Shown here: positions 52,680-55,062 of the stretch, piece after piece
How the letters are laid out: every line of letters starts with the position of its first letter
Position numbering within the stretch: position 1 is the first letter of the stretch
From: Planctomycetaceae bacterium
GTDB taxonomy: Bacteria > Planctomycetota > Planctomycetia > Planctomycetales > Planctomycetaceae
Assembly: GCA_028291605.1 (NCBI GenBank)
Contig: JAQGHS010000921.1
Span: forward strand, 1-55,062
DNA length: 55,062 nucleotides
Direction: 5' to 3'
The notes under the pieces: model-generated
Seen by the model: the letters and a program-made list of their open reading frames with translations, nothing else
What the model was told of the DNA's origin: nothing
The model's database searches: none
Translations under genes and position numbers: made by a program

Positions 52680-53961
52680 AGCACATCCTCCGCCAACCGT
52701 GTTGAAACTGGCCGATCACATCGTCTTGCGACTCAATCACCAGCCAATGATGGGCGGCACAAGGGCTAAACGGATGCGAGGGCGTTCCGGATTGGAATGC
52801 GGCTGTCGCCAGGACGACGAGTCGTTGTCGACCGCAGGGATGCTGCAACTCGGATTGGATATCGAGCCGGCGGTCAGTCGTTACGACAACCTCAAGGATT
52901 TCATGCCGACGATGCGAACACGTTGACAGTGGACCGTCCGCCGCGACGCCCAATCGCGGCAACCTCGCGAGTTCATCGAGAAACCGCTTCCAACCGGCTT
53001 CTCCCGGGGACACGCGAATCACTGCGGGTCCGAGATGGCATTCGAACGCGGCGTGTTGCTGGTGGTAGATCTTTCCAATGGTGGCACCAATACGAATCGC
53101 CCACTCCAGCGTACCGTTCGGCCCACATCCTGCATGAATGACCGGGTCTAGGTCGATCACGACTCGAACGGCCATCTGCATCGCAGCCTGACGCTCGGTC
53201 ACGATCAATCGCCCGTGGCGAGCGGTTTGAGCCCAATTCACTCGTCGCAGCGAATCTCCCTGCCGGAAACCGCGTGTCCCCGTGAAATCTCCGCATTCTC
53301 CGACTCGATGCTCGCAAAGCAAGTCGTCTGCAGAACGCTGCTCGGTGGAATCGAGCAGCACGTCGAGTGTGCTCGTCTGCGGCCAGACTAGCAATTCCGT
53401 GGTGGACTGCACCCGCTTCCCTGCCTGCACCAATCCGAATGGAAATCCTGTCGTCAGCCTCGGAACGGTAAACGGATAGAGGCCGCGGCACGCCGGTCGA
53501 AACTCCCAATCAAACTCGCTCGTGTGCCAGCCAGGCACGCTCGCCAACGCGATCGTCGGTGTTTCCGCCAACTCCTCACCCGAGGAGAAGCCATCACGTA
53601 GAGTCAGACCCCACACCGGCCAGGGCCACCTATTGTGAATGCGTAAGCGGGCCCGCGCGGGTTGACGTTCTGTCGCCCGGATCTGCACGAATTGCAGTTC
53701 ACACTGCAAGCCACGCATCGCCAGCACGGGCCAGATCCACCCCAGTGCCAATGTGCAGACAATGGCTCCGAAAGCCACGAAGGCAATCGGTTGAACGAAT
53801 ACCGCGCAAGCCAAGGCCGCCAATCCTGCCGTCGCCAAACTGGCCTCTGGTCGTTTGAGCCAATACACCCACCGATTCGCGCTGGGACAAAAATCATGGT
53901 GCAACACCGCGTGCAGAGCGGCACCCCACGACCTGCGAACCGGGATCGGCGTTCCGGACAT
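52669..53961 (-). CDS. DUF58 domain protein
   Basis: Two N-terminal TM helices, then a DUF58-like core (...GDFTGTRGFRQGDSLRRVNWAQTARHGRLIVTE...). The ATG at 53961 has AGGAAG 5 nt upstream; the track GTG at 54006 lacks an SD. Its 3' end overlaps the transglutaminase gene start by 11 nt. Confidence 0.82.
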   Translation of the reverse strand: MSGTPIPVRRSWGAALHAVLHHDFCPSANRWVYWLKRPEASLATAGLAALACAVFVQPIAFVAFGAIVCTLALGWIWPVLAMRGLQCELQFVQIRATERQPARARLRIHNRWPWPVWGLTLRDGFSSGEELAETPTIALASVPGWHTSEFDWEFRPACRGLYPFTVPRLTTGFPFGLVQAGKRVQSTTELLVWPQTSTLDVLLDSTEQRSADDLLCEHRVGECGDFTGTRGFRQGDSLRRVNWAQTARHGRLIVTERQAAMQMAVRVVIDLDPVIHAGCGPNGTLEWAIRIGATIGKIYHQQHAAFECHLGPAVIRVSPGEAGWKRFLDELARLPRLGVAADGPLSTCSHRRHEILEVVVTTDRRLDIQSELQHPCGRQRLVVLATAAFQSGTPSHPFSPCAAHHWLVIESQDDVIGQFQHGWRRMCYEH

Positions 53962-54307
53962 GACAGCTTCCTGTGAGAAGGTCGGGACAATTCTGTAACC
54001 AATCACACGATACCAATCTCATCTGCATCAGTCAATCTATTGCAATTAGTATGCAATACGTCTTATTATGCACATGCGTTGGAAATGTGATTGAAATTCG
54101 GAATGCGACGGAACATGACCCCGGCCACGCTGTTGACGGTCATGACAGGAATGGCGCGAGAGTAAATCGCTCCAACTGATTGGCAATCGGAGCTCGCGGA
54201 AGTTTCTGAACAACTTCCGGCAGAGTGCGCGTTCCGTGAGGCGGATGTTGGTAGCTCGCATGTGCAGTATCAGGTCGGTAACACGGCGATAATAAGAGAC
54301 TATTCCA

Positions 54308-54532
54308 ATGCAATTCCAGACTTCGATGGCGGTTTTCTGCCGAGTCCTAATTTTCGCCGTCCTCACCGCACTTGCTTATCCCGTGAGTTTTGGGCCAGCT
54401 TTCTGGCTATTTCGCGCAGGCTGTGTTCCCGAGTTCGTCCTGGAAATCTATGAACCATTGGGATGGGGAATCGCAGTGATGCCAATGCCAGCATCTGATG
54501 CGTTGATGTGGTATGCATTCTACTGGGACTGA
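54308..54532 (+). CDS. small hypothetical membrane protein
   Basis: 74 aa: MQFQTSMAVFCRVLIFAVLTALAYPVSFGPAFWLFRAG...ASDALMWYAFYWD. The pattern (one TM, YP.S.GPA.WL, C-terminal aromatic patch) recurs in small planctomycete proteins as I remember them. Confidence 0.5.
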   Translation: MQFQTSMAVFCRVLIFAVLTALAYPVSFGPAFWLFRAGCVPEFVLEIYEPLGWGIAVMPMPASDALMWYAFYWD

Positions 54533-55062
54533 TCAGGACCAATTTGAAGTCGAAGGGATCTTACTGGGGGGCTTGCAACTCAACCTTCTTTAAAGCAGGA
54601 CCCACTGAGGAAAGTGGGCCATTGCATGAGCGGCGTATGCGATTTATTCTCTTTCATACGTGCATCTGTATCTTGAATGCACTCGCAACTCTTTAGAAAG
54701 GACCTCTTCCATGCAGCGAACTTCGATGTTGGTTCTGGTGGTCTTATCGTGTGGAGTGATTGCCGGTCTTCGGGCCAACGATAAATCCTAACCGCCGCAT
54801 TGCAGTTCTGCTTTGGGGGAAACTCTCACTAGTGTGTATAATCGGCGGAAACTCTCCGACAACGACTCAAACCTTGAACCGGGCGGTTAATAGCTATTCG
54901 GAATGTGACAACTCAACTAAGGTTTGCTTGCGGTCCTCGGATGAGGACGCGAATCATACCTTGATGGCCTTATTGCTACGCAATCATTTGCATGGCAAAT
55001 GGTTATGACGGCTTCGTGTTTCCGGCGGAAGATCCTGGCGCAAACAAAACTGAGATTCTAAC

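Noticed and set aside
47017-54061. A shared TGCAATACGT / AGTATGCAA motif in the AT-rich regions upstream of the DUF1559 operon (47017-47036, 47165-47174) and the DUF58 operon (54038-54061).
   Set aside because: Exact 9-10-mer matches between two places in a 55-kb window are expected many times over by chance. Without genome-wide enrichment this is not evidence of a regulatory motif. The local dyad TATTGCA-N7-TGCAATA at 54038-54058 could still be worth a scan.
1-55062. I looked for rRNA, tRNA, tmRNA, CRISPR repeats, transposases, integrases and phage genes.
   Set aside because: I found no tRNA-like T-arm/acceptor patterns, no regularly spaced direct repeats, and no ORF with DDE, tyrosine or serine recombinase motifs. 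The gene remnants in the window are not associated with recognisable mobile-element genes.

Overview
The window is a gene-dense, fairly high-G+C chromosomal segment that most likely comes from a Planctomycetota genome. The main clue is a DUF1559 protein with the prepilin-like N-terminus [34 protein letters not shown], followed by a carboxypeptidase-regulatory-like lipoprotein. Four large PAS-rich (mostly hybrid) histidine kinases fit the same picture. I saw no rRNA, tRNA, CRISPR array, transposase or integrase.

Gene content, left to right:
- An RND efflux operon ending in an ECF sigma gene.
- A minus-strand cluster that looks like an oxalate-to-formate-to-CO2 route: Tat-exported bicupin, di-haem cytochrome c peroxidase, FdhD, Cys-type FdhA and DUF1641.
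- An MbfA-type iron exporter with an EamA transporter.
- A sigma-54 NtrC-type activator divergent from a hybrid kinase, with three sigma-54 -24/-12-like sites nearby.
- A roughly 7 kb redox/electrophile-stress island split between an extended ECF sigma operon and a MarR operon, with a clear promoter/operator.
- A MEDS-PAS kinase with a NarL-type regulator.
- A lower-G+C mosaic region at 35.7-38 kb: DUF3606, ORFans, an RND gene shard and a cold-shock protein.
- A small island carrying an orphan protein with a DisA_N/diadenylate-cyclase-like C-terminal domain, next to a truncated beta-propeller gene.
- A putative metal-handling cluster.
- A DUF58, transglutaminase and MoxR module.

Leads most worth following:
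- The DAC-like orphan protein and its island.
- Two cases where the 3' end of a response-regulator gene and its downstream DNA persist as a decayed second copy.
- The local sigma-54 regulon.
- A lipoprotein whose signal peptide has no usable start codon.
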